Positions 9,140 to 20,909 are shown, counted from the stretch's first letter. The stretch is DNA of 64,000 nt from Nitrospirota bacterium (GCA_963788195.1 CAWBGA010000013.1:320001-384000); one strand, 5' to 3'. The notes: generated by a model not told the origin, from the letters alone. Made by a program: numbers and translations.

Positions 9140-12100
9140 ATTCAGCGACGGTTCAGGGGGTCGGAAAGCAGGATCACGCCGTTACCGACGCTATACAGAA
9201 AGCCGTTGCCAATTCCCAGAGACGGGTGTGATCCCATACGTGGAGCTATATTGTGTGAAATTGGAGGTCAGCCCGCCCAGCGTGTCTGCTGCGGGGTCGG
9301 TGGAGTAGATGAGCCAGCGGCCGGGCTGGCGTCAATGATGGCGCTCGCGCCCGCGGTGTTGATGAAGTTGCGTCCCGCGCCCAGCACAACCGCGGCAGTA
9401 TCGGGGGTGCCGGCGCCGGTGCTGGTAGCTGGTGAGCTGACCGGCGATCGTGATATCCGACGCGCTGCCGGAGATCAATGTCAGCGGCTTGGCGAAACTA
9501 TAGCCGGTGTTGATGGTGAGCGCGCCGGCGGTACTGCTGCCAAGCGTCAGATAGTTCTGCTGCCCCAGTTCATGAATCCAAGAATGGTATCGCTGAGTTG
9601 AGTCCGCCGCCGGCGGCGGTACCGACCCCTATGGTGGTGCCGCTGGTATAGGGCCTTATGGTAAGCCCAGTCGCGCTGTTGATGTTATTCACGATTGGAG
9701 AGGATGCTATTGGTGATGAGCGTAATGCTGCCGGTGCCGGTGGTTTGGAGGAGGTTGGAGTTACAGCCCCGGCAAATGAGCCGATGCCGCCGGGTCCCGC
9801 GATGCCTGTAATAATGATATTCCCGGAACCGGTGGTTTTGATGGTGTTGAGGCCAAAGCCGCCGCCGGAGAAAAGGTTGGATACCCATCATTGCCAGGTA
9901 CCGCCACTGTTCCCCCCCGTGGCGGTGATGGTAATCGTCCCGTCAACGGCCGAAATCGTACCCCTGGCTTAATCCAAACCCATAATTGCTCGTGCCTAAG
10001 CTGGCGGGGTTTCCACCGCCGATGGCGACTATGGTGATGGCGCCGGCGCCGATATTCGTAATGGTGCCACGCAGCCTCACACCCCAATGAAAGATGCCGT
10101 AGCCATTTCCGCCGATGCCGGTGATGAGAATCGGGCTGCCGCCGCCCGCGACCAGGCCTTGGAGATCCACAGCCCTGAATTCTGATCACCCGGACCCACG
10201 CCGTTGTTGCCGTGAAAGCCGGTCAAGGAGATCGTGCCCGTGCCAAGCGCCCGGGTGGTACTTGAGCTCGTGAGAAAAATTCCCTTATTTTACTGCCGCC
10301 GGCCGTGTCGCCACCGTGGCCCCAGATGGTGATGTCACCGGTGCCGGTGGTCTGGATCGTGCTGCCGCTGGCCGTCACGCCGTAATTGAAGTTGCCCGAG
10401 CCCACACTGCCGCCGGTGCCGGTGATGGTGATGAGACCACTGCCTGAGGTCTGCACCGTCGTGCCGGAGAGAGAGACGCCAATATTTGAACCACTCGCGC
10501 CGGAGCCGCCGCCGTTTCCGATCAGCGTAATGGTCCCCGTGCCGCTGGTTTGCAGGTTGGAGGCCGTCACCAAAGAGATGCCGATATCGCCGCCGGCTGC
10601 GCCGGCATACCCGGTGCCCATCAGCCAGATATTCCCGCCGCCGGCGTTGAGGATGGCACCCGAACTGATGCCGGCAATATTGGTAGCATTCCCGGTCGCC
10701 CCGGTCGCGGGCAGTGCGCCGTTCACCAAGCCGCCGGGATTGGTGCCGCCGCCCAGCGTGATGTTGCCGCCGAGGCTCGTGACGGAACTGCCGTTGGTCA
10801 GCACGATCGCGCCGCGCCCCGCTGCCATCGCTGTCGGCGCCCAGGACGACGTGGAGCTTGCCGGTGGTGGAGGTAATGGCCACGCCGGCGTTGACCGTAA
10901 TATCGTTGTTGGCCGACAGGGTGAGCGTGGCATCGCCGCCCGCCGTCTTGCTGATACTGCTGGCGACCGTAATGTTGCCCGACTGGGTGTTGGCGCCGGC
11001 GGAGGCGGTCGTGATAGTGACAGAGGTGCCGGCGTTGAGCGCGGTTTCGATACTGCCGGTCGTGACGATGGCGGTGTCATCGTTGAGGTGAAGGTCGGGC
11101 TGGCCGTGACGTTGGTGTCAGCGCCGGCCGCCTGGATGGTGATGTCGTTGGGGTCGAGGAGCCACATGCCGGCGGTGCCCGAAGGCGCGCTCGCGTCTAC
11201 GGAGCCGGCAAAGGCCAGGTGCTCCTTCCCTGAAGTCTCGACGAAGCCCCCGTTGCCGCCGCGTTCACCGCCCCGCGCCAGAATGTGCGCGCCGGAGGCC
11301 CCGGACGTGTGCTCATCGGACCAGACTCGGACAGAGCCGCCGTCAGAATGTCCGTGTCCCACTCACGTCGATCACACTTCCTGTAAAGAGCTCGGTCTGC
11401 TGCGTGGACGTAATTTCGACATGGCCGCCCGCCGCATTTCAGCACCTCTGGCCAGCATCGTTCCTGACTGGCCGGCCAGCGCTCCCGAGATAGCAATGTA
11501 TCCCGGTGTGGCATTCGCTTCGCCGGCCGACACATCGAGCGTGCCCATATTCCAGGCAATACTGTTGTCACCTTCGGCGACCAGTATGATGACGCCGCCG
11601 TGATTGACGAGCGAGGTCGCGCGCACGAGGCCCTCCTGGTTGACAACGGATCGCACCAGCCCCGCAGCCGCCTTGGCTTGTAACGTTACCATCCCGCCGT
11701 CGGCCTGCAGCGTGCCGGTATTCGAGACGTACGATGCCACAGGCTGGCCATCGGGGCCGTTGACACTGCCTGAGACGGCGTCGGTAATCACAAACTGGAT
11801 GAGGCCGTCGCCGCGCAGGTCGAGCGTCGCGGCTGTGCCGGAGGCCAGCGCGATGGAGCCCAGCTGCGCCTGAATGATCCCCTCGTTGTGGGCCGCGGCG
11901 CCCAAGAGCGCCACATACCCGCCCGGGCCCGCCGTGATCATGCCTTGGTTGATCACCGTGGCATTGGAAGCAGAAGGGTCTTGAGTAAAGCGATAGTGGC
12001 CGGCCAGAAAATCCTGATTCGTCATGGTCAGTGTGCTTGCGGTCAGCGCGCCGACATCGACGCGTGAGCTCGAGCCAAAGAGAATGCCGCTGGGATTGAG

Positions 12101-12483
12101 CAGAAAGATTGGCCATTGGCGGAGAGTGACCCGAAGATCGCGCTGGGTTCCTGGCCACTGACCCGGTTCAGCGCGATCGCGGCCGCGCTCGGTTGTTGAA
12201 AATGCACCGACTCGTTGGCCGCGATGTTAAAGCGTGTCCAGTCCAAAATCGCGCGATCCGTTGTCTGCTCGATCCGCATCGACGTGGCGGTCGGCGTGCT
12301 GATCGTTGCGGCACCGGCGGTCACGGTACCGTCTTGGGGCAGTGCGAGGAGCGGAGGTCGGCACGAAGGGCATGAGAGCTCCGGTCATGAGGCCGGCGGC
12401 GTGTAGACTGCTCCCCAGTGCATACGCGAGGGCGCTGTGCTACGGACGGCCGACGCTGAGCGTTTCGCACGACGTCCGCTCAT
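9140..12483 (-). pseudogene. filamentous haemagglutinin-like TpsA/adhesin, multiply frameshifted and apparently C-terminally short
   Basis: TPS domain (ILDWTRFNI..VHFQQPS..ALNRVSG..IFGSLSANG), GGFVETSGKEHL, GMWLLDPNDITI, Gly/Thr beta-helix repeats (ITITGTGG), RWLIYSTDP; spread over many frames. Confidence 0.8.
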
Positions 12484-12521
12484 AAATAAAAGCCCTCTAA
12501 GGCAAAGGCATACCTGACAAC

Positions 12522-12549
12522 ATATCGGCCTGAGCGAAGCTGTTCTTGA
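12522..12549 (-). promoter_or_regulatory. possible sigma28-type promoter for the FHA-like gene
   Basis: minus strand TCAAG-N15-GCCGATAT about 40 bp upstream of ATG 12483; spacer is one base longer than canonical. Confidence 0.35.
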
Positions 12550-12875
12550 AGAATGTTTATGAATGAAACGCTGAGAGGAGGACTATCGGGGGAGGAGCTG
12601 GTTCTAGACCTGACAAGAGTGACAGAATAAGACAACCATACACAAAGTGTAAAACCCGCATTGGACGCGGTCAGGAGAATACTTACGGCTGCGTCATCGC
12701 ACAGACTAAGCTTAAAGCGATACTCCTTAGTAGGGGGGTAGTTACAATTCTCACTTTTTCGGGTAGCCTTTGATGGATTACAATCAGCACGCCAGTTTTC
12801 CCAAGCCGTGAGCCCATGGGAATTCGAGCGTCACAGATGCACACTAGGGAGTGGTGTCAAAAGGTAAAGGTAGCA

Positions 12876-15225
12876 ATGGACCAGGCTCTACAACCGTCTC
12901 TGAGCACTGACCAGGACCCTCGTGTAACCGCGGAAGACGCACACGCGCTGGCCGCAAACATTCTGGAAAGCATTACCGACGGTTTCATAGCACTCGATCA
13001 CGACTGGCGGTTCACATATATCAATGCGCAGAGCCGAGCATCTTTTGAGCCGCAGCAGAACAGACCTGCTTGGGAAAAATCACTGGGAAGAATATTCCGC
13101 CACGATCGGCACTATCATCGAGCGCGAATACCGTCGCGCGGTCGCAGAACAGGTAACGGTGGAGTTTGAAAATTATTCGAAGCGGTGGCACCGGTGGTTG
13201 GAATTCAAGGCCTATCCGGCTGCTCATGGCCTCTCGGTCTATTTCCGCGATATCACGGACCGCAAGCGGGCGGAAGAAGCGTCTCGCCGTAGCGAACAGG
13301 AACTGTCCGATTTTTTTGAGACCGCGACGATCGGCTTGCATTGGGTAGGGCCTGATGGCGTTATTCTCCGCGTGAACCAAGCCGAGCTGGATTTATTGGG
13401 GTACAACCGCGATGAATACATCGGCCATCATATCGCCGAATTTCATGCCGATCCTCCTGTGATCGAGGATATCCTCGAGCTGCCTCGCCAGAGACGAGAA
13501 GCTGAAGGATTATCCGGCCCGCATGCGGTGCAAAGACCGTTCGATCAAGAATGTGCTTATCGACTCCAGCGTGTTGTGGGAAGACGGAAAATTCATTCAC
13601 ACACGGTGCTTCACGCGTGATGTGACGGATTACAAACGCGCCGAAGAAGCCGTGCGCGAAAGCGTGCACCGTCTTCGCCTGGCGCAACAGGTGGCGCACA
13701 TCGGGACCTTCGACTGGAACCTGCAGACCGGCGTCAACAGCTGGACACCCGAACTCGAGGCGATGCATGGGCTGCCTCCCGGCGGCTTTGGGGGAACCTT
13801 GCAAGCGTGGCAGGCGCTCATACATCCGGAGGATCGCGCTAGAACGGTGCGGCAGGTGCGCGAAGCGATCCCGAAGGGCGTCTTTGAGGGCGAGTGGCGT
13901 GTGGTCCTGCCTACTGGAGAAGTGCGCTGGCTCGCCGGAAGAGCCTCACTGTTCAAGGACGAGGCGGGAAAACCGCAGCGATTGATCGGTGTCAACATTG
14001 ATATCACCGAGCGTAAGCACGCCGAAGAACGGCACGCGCAGCTGGCCGCGATCGTTGAATCCTCGAATGACGCTGTCGTCAGCAAAAATTTGGACGGCAT
14101 TATCCAGAGTTGGAATAAGGGCGCGGAAGCGGATCTTCGGGTACGCCCCAGAGGAAGTCATCGGCCGCTCGATTCTGTTACTCGTGCCGCAGGAAATGAA
14201 GCATGAGGAGGCAGAGATTCTTGCCAGGATTCGTCGGGGCGAGCGGATCGAACACTATGAAACCATCCGGGTGCGCAAAGACGGATCACAGTATCGCGAT
14301 TTCTCTGTCGGTCTCGCCTATCAAGAATGCCGCCGGGAAGATCATCGGAGCGGCGAAAATTGCCCGTGACATCACGGAAAAGAAGGCGGCAGAGGAAGAG
14401 ATTTTTCGGTTGAACCAGCATCTGGAGGAGCGCGTACGGGAACGGACGAGCCAACTGGAGGAAGCTAATGCCAAACTGATTGCGCAAGCCGAGAAGTTGA
14501 CCGCGATCAATGCGGAATTAGAACGGTTTGCCTATGTCTCGTCACACGATTTGCAAGAGCCTCTCCGCATGGTCTCGAGCTTCACGCAACTGCTGGCGCG
14601 CCGCTACGAAGGGAAGCTCGGCGCGGACGCGGATGACTTCATCAAGTACGCGGTTGAGGGCGCGCTTCGGATGGAGCATCTGATCAAAGATTTGTTGGAC
14701 TATTCGCGTCTCGGCGCCCATGAGGCACAGGTGGGACAAGTCAACGTGGAGGAGGTATGGGACCAGGTCATGATGGATCTCAAAATCCCGAGAGAAAAGA
14801 GCGGTGCTGTCCTCACCCATGATCCTCTGCCCATGGTCATCGGCGATGCGACCCAGTTAAGACAAGTGTTTCAAAACTTGCTTGGGAATGGCATTAAGTT
14901 TACCCATGCCGCTCCCCAGATCCATGCCTGGGCTGAGAGAAAGGGCGATGAATGGATCTTTGCCGTGCGCGACAACGGTATCGGGATTGAACCGCAGTAC
15001 GTGGAGCGGATCTTCGAAGTGTTCCAACGCCTGCACAGCCGGGGGGAGTATCAAGGCACAGGCATCGGGTTGGCGATCTGCAAGAGGGTCGTTGAAAAGC
15101 ACGGCGGACGTATCTGGGTTGAATCGGTGTACGGCAAAGGCTCGACATTTTACTTCACCCTCCCGGCCGTCGACGTTGCCGCCTCCTCCTGCTTGCCTAG
15201 CGACATAGGGATTGCGGCAGTATAA
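12876..15225 (+). CDS. cytoplasmic multi-PAS (4 PAS/PAC) sensor histidine kinase, Cph1-like transmitter; several indels
   Basis: PAS repeats (ILESITDGFIALD, FETATIG, IGTFDWN, IVESSNDAVV); H-box SHDLQEPLRMV; NLLGNGIKF; DNGIGI; GTGIGLAIC. Confidence 0.88.
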
Positions 15226-15259
15226 TTGGCCGTCCTACAAGATTTTCTCTGCGCTCTCG

Positions 15260-15445
15260 TCAGAGGGAAGAGCGATCCGGCTCCGGATTTTTCGAATCGT
15301 ACGATTTCAGCGCCGTTTCCAGGGTGTACAATTCGGTCTTTATGAAGTCCCGTTGAACGTGCGTCAAAGGTATGGATTCATGGAGTAGCTTGTGGAGGGC
15401 GGTGGCAGCCTTACCAAAATCCGCCACCACGCGATCTGCCTTCAT
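15260..15445 (-). CDS. small hypothetical helical protein
   Basis: 61-aa ORF just downstream of and co-oriented with 15472..16233. Confidence 0.4.
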   Translation of the reverse strand: MKADRVVADFGKAATALHKLLHESIPLTHVQRDFIKTELYTLETALKSYDSKNPEPDRSSL

Positions 15446-15471
15446 GATCGATGTTCCCCGAGACTGTTTGC

Positions 15472-16233
15472 TTATAACTCGATGAAGATCTGATCGAGGC
15501 GGCTCAAGAAATTATATTGTTTGTGCCAAGCCGCCACTACTTCGTCCAGCCTTCCCATAATATGATCGAGGCGCCTGGCGCTATCATCAGTGGTGATGCC
15601 TCGCCAGGTGTCGGTTTCCAGAAGTGCTCGTATACTCTCTTTCAGATTTTTCCGCCGCCTGTCGATTTGCAGACGCCTGTCCTGATCCCGTACATAAGCC
15701 GAATCCGCGAGTTTTTTCCTCTCTCGATGACATTCCCACAGTTCAATGAGGTCGTCAGGCACGGTCACCTCGACTTTGTAGTCCCCAGTCCAGCGTGCCA
15801 TCTTGCCGCCCTTGGACGGGATCTGATCGGGGTACGAGCCCTTCAAACTCTCCCCAAGAGTGTGGGCCCACGTCCAAAACGTCAGTTCAACTAGACAGGG
15901 ACTGTCTTCGGGCAGCTTATGCGTCACCAAGGCGAGCCGCGGCTGGCGGTCTCGAAGCCAAAGGACATGAAGGTGTTGATCCTTCAGCCGGCAACCATAA
16001 TGATCGTTCACCAGCCCGACAGGCGTTCCCCGGAACTGAAGACTGTGTATATCCAGGAGCGGCTCTTGCAGAATCTGACGAAAGAGCGCGCGCCGTAACG
16101 GATGGCCGTTCACCCAAAGGACCTTGATTTCAAGCGGCAGCGATTTCGTGAGGGGGAGATTTATTTGGCGTGGCTGACTCTCAGCTCTATTGAAGGGCGT
16201 CAGTGTCGCGATGTCTCGTCTTTCTTTCACCAC
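15472..16233 (-). CDS. hypothetical protein
   Basis: 253-aa ORF; no confident family. Confidence 0.6.
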   Translation of the reverse strand: MVKERRDIATLTPFNRAESQPRQINLPLTKSLPLEIKVLWVNGHPLRRALFRQILQEPLLDIHSLQFRGTPVGLVNDHYGCRLKDQHLHVLWLRDRQPRLALVTHKLPEDSPCLVELTFWTWAHTLGESLKGSYPDQIPSKGGKMARWTGDYKVEVTVPDDLIELWECHRERKKLADSAYVRDQDRRLQIDRRRKNLKESIRALLETDTWRGITTDDSARRLDHIMGRLDEVVAAWHKQYNFLSRLDQIFIEL

Positions 16234-16403
16234 ACCATTACCTTGATTTGTGGCTCCATTGGGCAGTTTCTAGCATCACATGCAAGCATTTGCAATCGCT
16301 ATTCAGTACAGTGTTCGCGTTGCTTTTTGTGTTCGAGGCGTATCAGTATAAGGCACAGAAGATGAGGCATTCATTGGGGTGCAATCTGAGAAGGGGGTTG
16401 GCG

Positions 16404-17232
16404 ATGAGACAATCGTTTCTCGCGGCGTGCGTGTGTGTCGGTGTGGTCGGATGCTCCACGCCAGCAGGGCCACCCCTCGACACACTACAGCAGATCCAAG
16501 GCGAAATCATTCGGTTCGACGCCGACGGGTACGTCATAAGGGACGGATACGGTAAGGAGATGCGCGTGCACGCGACGCCCACCGCCCGCGTCGACGGCAA
16601 TCTGTCCGCGGGGGATACGGTCTTGGTCCACGTTGCGGCGCCCTACCAGCCGAAGACGCGCTATGCGCAGGCGGTCTATCACTTCACTGACCTTGAGACG
16701 GTCTACGGGGAGCTTACGGAGAAAAACCGGTCCAGCATCAGCGTCAAAGACGCCGATCGGCGGCGAGGTTGATCTGTCGCTCGACAAGCACAGTGTTGGC
16801 TATGGAAAGCCCCAGCCTGGTGACCGAATCTTTGCGAAGACCTACCGAGCGCCGTACGAGGGCGAAGTCCAGGAGTTTGGGGATGGGACGTATACCGTCC
16901 GCGACATTACAGGGCGGGAGGTGCGCTACGAGCGTGACGATAACCCCGAAAGGCCGGATCGCCCTGGGCGGCGGCGAGCCATTGAGCGTCCCGTACTGCA
17001 GCATGACAGGCCCTACGCTCGCGTGATTTACCTCTTTTCCGATCCGCTGACATTGCAGGGAACCTTACTGCGGCGGGATGATGGGCTGTATGCCGTAAGC
17101 GGGGCGGAGGATCTGGCCCTTATTCTTGGGCAGGCGACCCTGCGGGATTCCCAGGAGCAGCCGGGGGAACAAGTGTTTGTTGTGGTCAGTCCATTGCCTA
17201 TCATTCAGGCGTCTTCGATTGAGAAGCTGTAG
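16404..17232 (+). CDS. lipoprotein with about 4 small beta-barrel (OB/DUF5666-like) modules; indels near 16755 and 16960
   Basis: VVGC lipobox; repeated GE..(Y/I)xVxD..G.E(V/M)....GD.V modules. Confidence 0.6.
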
Positions 17233-17255
17233 GAGGAAAAGCTGGAGAAAGCCTC

Positions 17256-17588
17256 ATGGACACTTACTATCATCCACACGATTTGGCAAAGTTCCCCCAC
17301 ATGGGCAAGGGAAACAAGGAGCTATGGGACAAGTTCATGAGCTACTACAGCGCCGTCTTTGCTGAGGGTGCTTTGACAGAGCGAGAAAAGGCTCTGATCG
17401 CGCTAGGGGTCGCTCACGCGGTGCAGTGTCCCTATTGCATTGACGCCTATAGCCAGGGGTGTCTGGAGAAGGGCTCTAACGTTGAAGAAATGACCGAAGC
17501 CGTCCATGTGGCCTGCGCCATTCGGGGAGGAGCCTCCCTCGCCCATGGGGTGCAGATGCGTAACGTGGTCGAGAAGTTGACCATGTGA
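17256..17588 (+). CDS. CMD/AhpD-like protein (arsenosugar-biosynthesis-associated peroxidase-like)
   Basis: LTEREKALIALGVAHAVQCPYCIDAY; directly upstream of arsS. Confidence 0.88.
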   Translation: MDTYYHPHDLAKFPHMGKGNKELWDKFMSYYSAVFAEGALTEREKALIALGVAHAVQCPYCIDAYSQGCLEKGSNVEEMTEAVHVACAIRGGASLAHGVQMRNVVEKLTM

Positions 17589-17611
17589 TATCGTAGGGGT
17601 TGGAGATCATT

Positions 17612-18649
17612 GTGGCACTGAGTCTACACGCCCGAAGCCACCCTTTGGCGGCTTCAGATGAGCAGTTGGAGCTGTTGGCGGCGGCAAAGAGTTGCCGTCC
17701 TTTTCACGCTACGATGGAGCAAGCGGGGCTGTCCCCGCTTTGCGCCAACGGCATCACGGTCTTTCAGATTAATGTAGGAAAGCTCTGCAATCAGACGTGT
17801 CTGCACTGTCACGTGGACGCGAGCCCGGACCGAACCGAGCAAATGACTCGCGAGACAGCCGAACTGTGCATCAAAGCGCTGGCCAAGACTGATATCCCGA
17901 CAGTCGACATCACCGGGGGAGCGCCTGAATTGAACGCCAATTTCCGCTGGCTGATCGAACAGTCGCGCGCGTTGGGGCGCCATGTCATTGATCGCTGCAA
18001 TCTGACCGTCATGCTTCTGCCCTCGCAGGCCGATCTGGCGGAATTCCTCGCCCAGCATCGAGTGGAGATCATCGCGTCGCTGCCGTATTTTCGGCCGCCT
18101 CAGACCGATGCTCAGCGAGGCGACGGCGTGTTTGAAAAGTCCGTCCGTGCGCTCCAGTTGCTCAACAAGCTCGGGTATGGCGTCGAGGGAGGCCCGTTGA
18201 TTTTGAACCTGGTGTACAATCCGGTCGGAGCGTTTCTACCGCCAAAGCAAGAGGCCATCGAAGCTCAATTCAAGAAGGAACTCCGCAAACAGTACGGCAT
18301 CACATTTAATCGACTGTACACTGTCACGAATATGCCGATCAGCCGGTTTCTGGACTTCCTCCTCGAAAGCGGGAATTATGAAAGCTATATGGAGAGATTG
18401 GCTAGCGCCTTCAACCCGGCAGCCGCGGATCGCGTGATGTGCCGGTACACTCTGTCGGTCGGTTGGGACGGAACCCTTTATGATTGTGACTTCAATCAGA
18501 TGCTCGACTTGCCCTTAGGTTTTGACGCGGCCCGGCACATCAGAGACTTTGAGCCGGCCACGCTTCACGCCCGCCGCATTGTCGTTGGGAATCACTGTTA
18601 TGGTTGCACGGCAGGCGCCGGTTCGTCCTGCGGCGGAGCCATAACGTGA
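17612..18649 (+). CDS. arsS: ArsS-family radical SAM/Cys-rich protein (DUF3641)
   Basis: CNQTCLHC, DITGGAPEL, YDCDFNQML, C-terminal HCYGCTAGAGSSCGG. Confidence 0.88.
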   Translation: MALSLHARSHPLAASDEQLELLAAAKSCRPFHATMEQAGLSPLCANGITVFQINVGKLCNQTCLHCHVDASPDRTEQMTRETAELCIKALAKTDIPTVDITGGAPELNANFRWLIEQSRALGRHVIDRCNLTVMLLPSQADLAEFLAQHRVEIIASLPYFRPPQTDAQRGDGVFEKSVRALQLLNKLGYGVEGGPLILNLVYNPVGAFLPPKQEAIEAQFKKELRKQYGITFNRLYTVTNMPISRFLDFLLESGNYESYMERLASAFNPAAADRVMCRYTLSVGWDGTLYDCDFNQMLDLPLGFDAARHIRDFEPATLHARRIVVGNHCYGCTAGAGSSCGGAIT

Positions 18650-18673
18650 CGGTCTGCGACGGGTCCCTTCTAA

Positions 18674-18700
18674 AGAGCCGCCCCGTAGGACGGAGCGGCC
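18674..18700. terminator. GC-rich hairpin between convergent arsS and PepSY genes
   Basis: GCCGCCCCGT-AGG-ACGGAGCGGC imperfect stem; no U-tract. Confidence 0.35.
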
Positions 18701-18714
18701 CGGTGAAAGTACTA

Positions 18715-18984
18715 CTACTCGACGATGATCTTCCCATTGGCAGCGTCCACATAGACCTTGTGGGTCTTCTTGGAAGAGTCGACGATTTCAACCTTATAGG
18801 CCGCTTGGCCCTTCTTCTTGGTCATCTCGACTTCGTATGGTTTTCCCCCCGGAACGCTGGTGACGGCGGCTTTGATCGCGTCCTCCATTGACACGGTGGC
18901 TGTCAATGCCAATTCCTTATCCGATGCCCACACGGCACTGCCAAGACCGAAGATAAACACCGCACTCAATAGCAAATAGCGCAT
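18715..18984 (-). CDS. PepSY domain secreted protein
   Basis: signal peptide; VSMEDAIKAA..VPG..YKVEI..VYVDAANGKI. Confidence 0.85.
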   Translation of the reverse strand: MRYLLLSAVFIFGLGSAVWASDKELALTATVSMEDAIKAAVTSVPGGKPYEVEMTKKKGQAAYKVEIVDSSKKTHKVYVDAANGKIIVE

Positions 18985-19161
18985 TTTCTGCCCTCCTTTG
19001 TTTCGGCTCACGATATTCCCACACGTTATCTGATCGTGTTCATGAGAATCAAAACGCTGAAAGGGTTAGGAACCCCTTACCCACCTTAATTATATATTGC
19101 GAGCGCCAAACAGATTTGCTAACTGCATTCTGGGTGGCTTGGCTTAACGAAAGGATGATCT

Positions 19162-19314
19162 ATGAACACCGTACTCCTCGTAATTTTGATCTTGCTGCTC
19201 GTGGGCGCACTGCCCACATGGCCATACAGTTCGGGTTGGGGATATTATCCGAGCGGCGGCATCGGTCTCGTTCTACTGATCATTGTGATTTTGGCGCTGA
19301 CCGGACGTCTTTAG
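19162..19314 (+). CDS. DUF3309 small membrane protein (50 aa, not in ORF track)
   Basis: MNTVLLVILILLLVGALPTWPYSSGWGYYPSGGIGLVLLIIVILALTGRL; AAGGA RBS. Confidence 0.9.
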   Translation: MNTVLLVILILLLVGALPTWPYSSGWGYYPSGGIGLVLLIIVILALTGRL

Positions 19315-19510
19315 GCCTCACCGACGAGGTGGCACTCATGAGAGTGCTATCCCAGCCGGGCCTGTGAACCGCATTGAGAGCGGATCTGAGCCTGCTGGGC
19401 ATATCTTGCTACTGAGCTATATTGACGGCCATACCGCCTTTGCTGCATAGTGCTTTGCAATCTGCATTGCAGCGGTAACGGCCACGCATTTTCTCACCGG
19501 GAGTCAGAAT

Positions 19511-19912
19511 ATGTCTGAACCAACCTCCATCAATTCGACGTCCGACCAAAACCCCCGATCGCATGCCCTTCAGGCTCAAATCCATAAGCTGGAGGAACTG
19601 AGCCATCGGCCCTTGGATCCCGTTGCACTTGCACGCTTTGATGATGAAACCGAAGCCATGATTCAAAGTCTCTTCGGGCCCACACACGAGCACCTGGAAA
19701 CCTACAAGTATGCCAAGTTGGGGGAGGCTGCAGTGATGGTGAACCTCCCAGAGTCCGCGCAAGAAGACTCGGCGCAGAATCTGCCGAGCAAGGCGATCCA
19801 ACAACGCCGCCAGGTGCTGGAAGGCTGTGTCGCCGACTTGCGTCCTGCCGAAGATAGCGAAGTCGCCGCCCTCAGCGGCGAGGATAAAGAAGATCCCCCC
19901 GGCATGAGTTAA
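19511..19912 (+). CDS. hypothetical protein
   Basis: 133-aa ORF with GGAG RBS. Confidence 0.6.
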   Translation: MSEPTSINSTSDQNPRSHALQAQIHKLEELSHRPLDPVALARFDDETEAMIQSLFGPTHEHLETYKYAKLGEAAVMVNLPESAQEDSAQNLPSKAIQQRRQVLEGCVADLRPAEDSEVAALSGEDKEDPPGMS

Positions 19913-19937
19913 TCGTTGTTGACCGGGGAGCGACAAC

Positions 19938-20344
19938 ATGGCTCAGCTAGGATTTCAGGCTCGTCGGGGAATTCCGTCCATGGCCGTGTCTCTTCGCGTC
20001 CTCGTCTTGGCTCTCAGTTTTGGCGTGGTCGTTGAAACTGCTGCCGTCGGGCCGTACTTTGAGAATGAACGAGCTCCAGGCGAGGGCACAGCAGGTCCGA
20101 CCCCCGACTTCAAGCGTCCTGATCCAGCGGCAAAGCCTCCTCAAGTGGATCGGTTGGTCAAGGGGCGACTTGTACGAATCGATGGCTCTGTGTTCGTCGT
20201 CCGAGATGGAATCGCCGGCGAGGAGGTTAAAATGAGATCGAACAGGAGACCCGCATGGATGTGCTCCCGCAGATCGGCGATCAAGTGGAAGCTGAGTTGC
20301 TGTCAAACGGCAACGCCTGGTCCATAAAGCGAATAGAGAAATAG
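19938..20344 (+). CDS. secreted single OB-like module protein, indel near 20240
   Basis: signal-like N-terminus; VKGRLVRIDGSVFVVRD..GEEV..QIGDQVEAEL..AWSIKR resembles the modules of 16404..17232. Confidence 0.55.
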
Positions 20345-20498
20345 CAAAGTGAACGGCGTTCTCCCCGCCATGGTCAATCTACTCGGTAACGAAAAGCATC
20401 TCGTGCTTCAGCGTTCGACGGTCAATCTCCTTTGGTATGGTAGACTACCGGCTGTTGCATTGGGCCGGCACTCCTAGCCGGAGCGCTGGAGAAGTGAG

Positions 20499-20909
20499 AT
20501 GATGCCGGAGCGGGAAGACGTGTTGCGAGAAGTAAGGAGCCTGCCGGCCGGCTGCGAGATGGACCGGGAGATCGGTGAGCGGATTATGGGCTTAAGCTCC
20601 GGGTCGAATCCTCCTCCGTACTCGAGCGATATCACGGCGGCATGGAGTGTCGTTGAGAAGATGGTCCGGTCCGACGACATGTATTTTAGCGCCCCGCATT
20701 ACAAGGCCAAGCGGCAATCGCTGGGCCCATTGGGATATCCCGTGGGCACAGAGTGCTGGTACTGCGTGCTCAACAATAAGACCTTCAATAAAGTCGTGAT
20801 TTGTGCGGATACTGCACCGCTCGCGGTTTGCCGCGCTGCCTTGGTATGTATCCGAGGCATCGGTCCAGCGCAGCCTGAAGAGCAGGCGTCCGTAAGGCGA
20901 CTGCCTTAA
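20499..20909 (+). CDS. phage ABA-sandwich-like (BC1872-like) protein
   Basis: PPYSSDITAAWSVVEKM ... ADTAPLAVCRAAL. Confidence 0.65.
   Translation: MMPEREDVLREVRSLPAGCEMDREIGERIMGLSSGSNPPPYSSDITAAWSVVEKMVRSDDMYFSAPHYKAKRQSLGPLGYPVGTECWYCVLNNKTFNKVVICADTAPLAVCRAALVCIRGIGPAQPEEQASVRRLP

Noticed and set aside
18590..18660. selenocysteine in the ArsS C-terminus
   Set aside because: All motif positions are Cys codons; the TGA follows the completed motif and is the ordinary stop.
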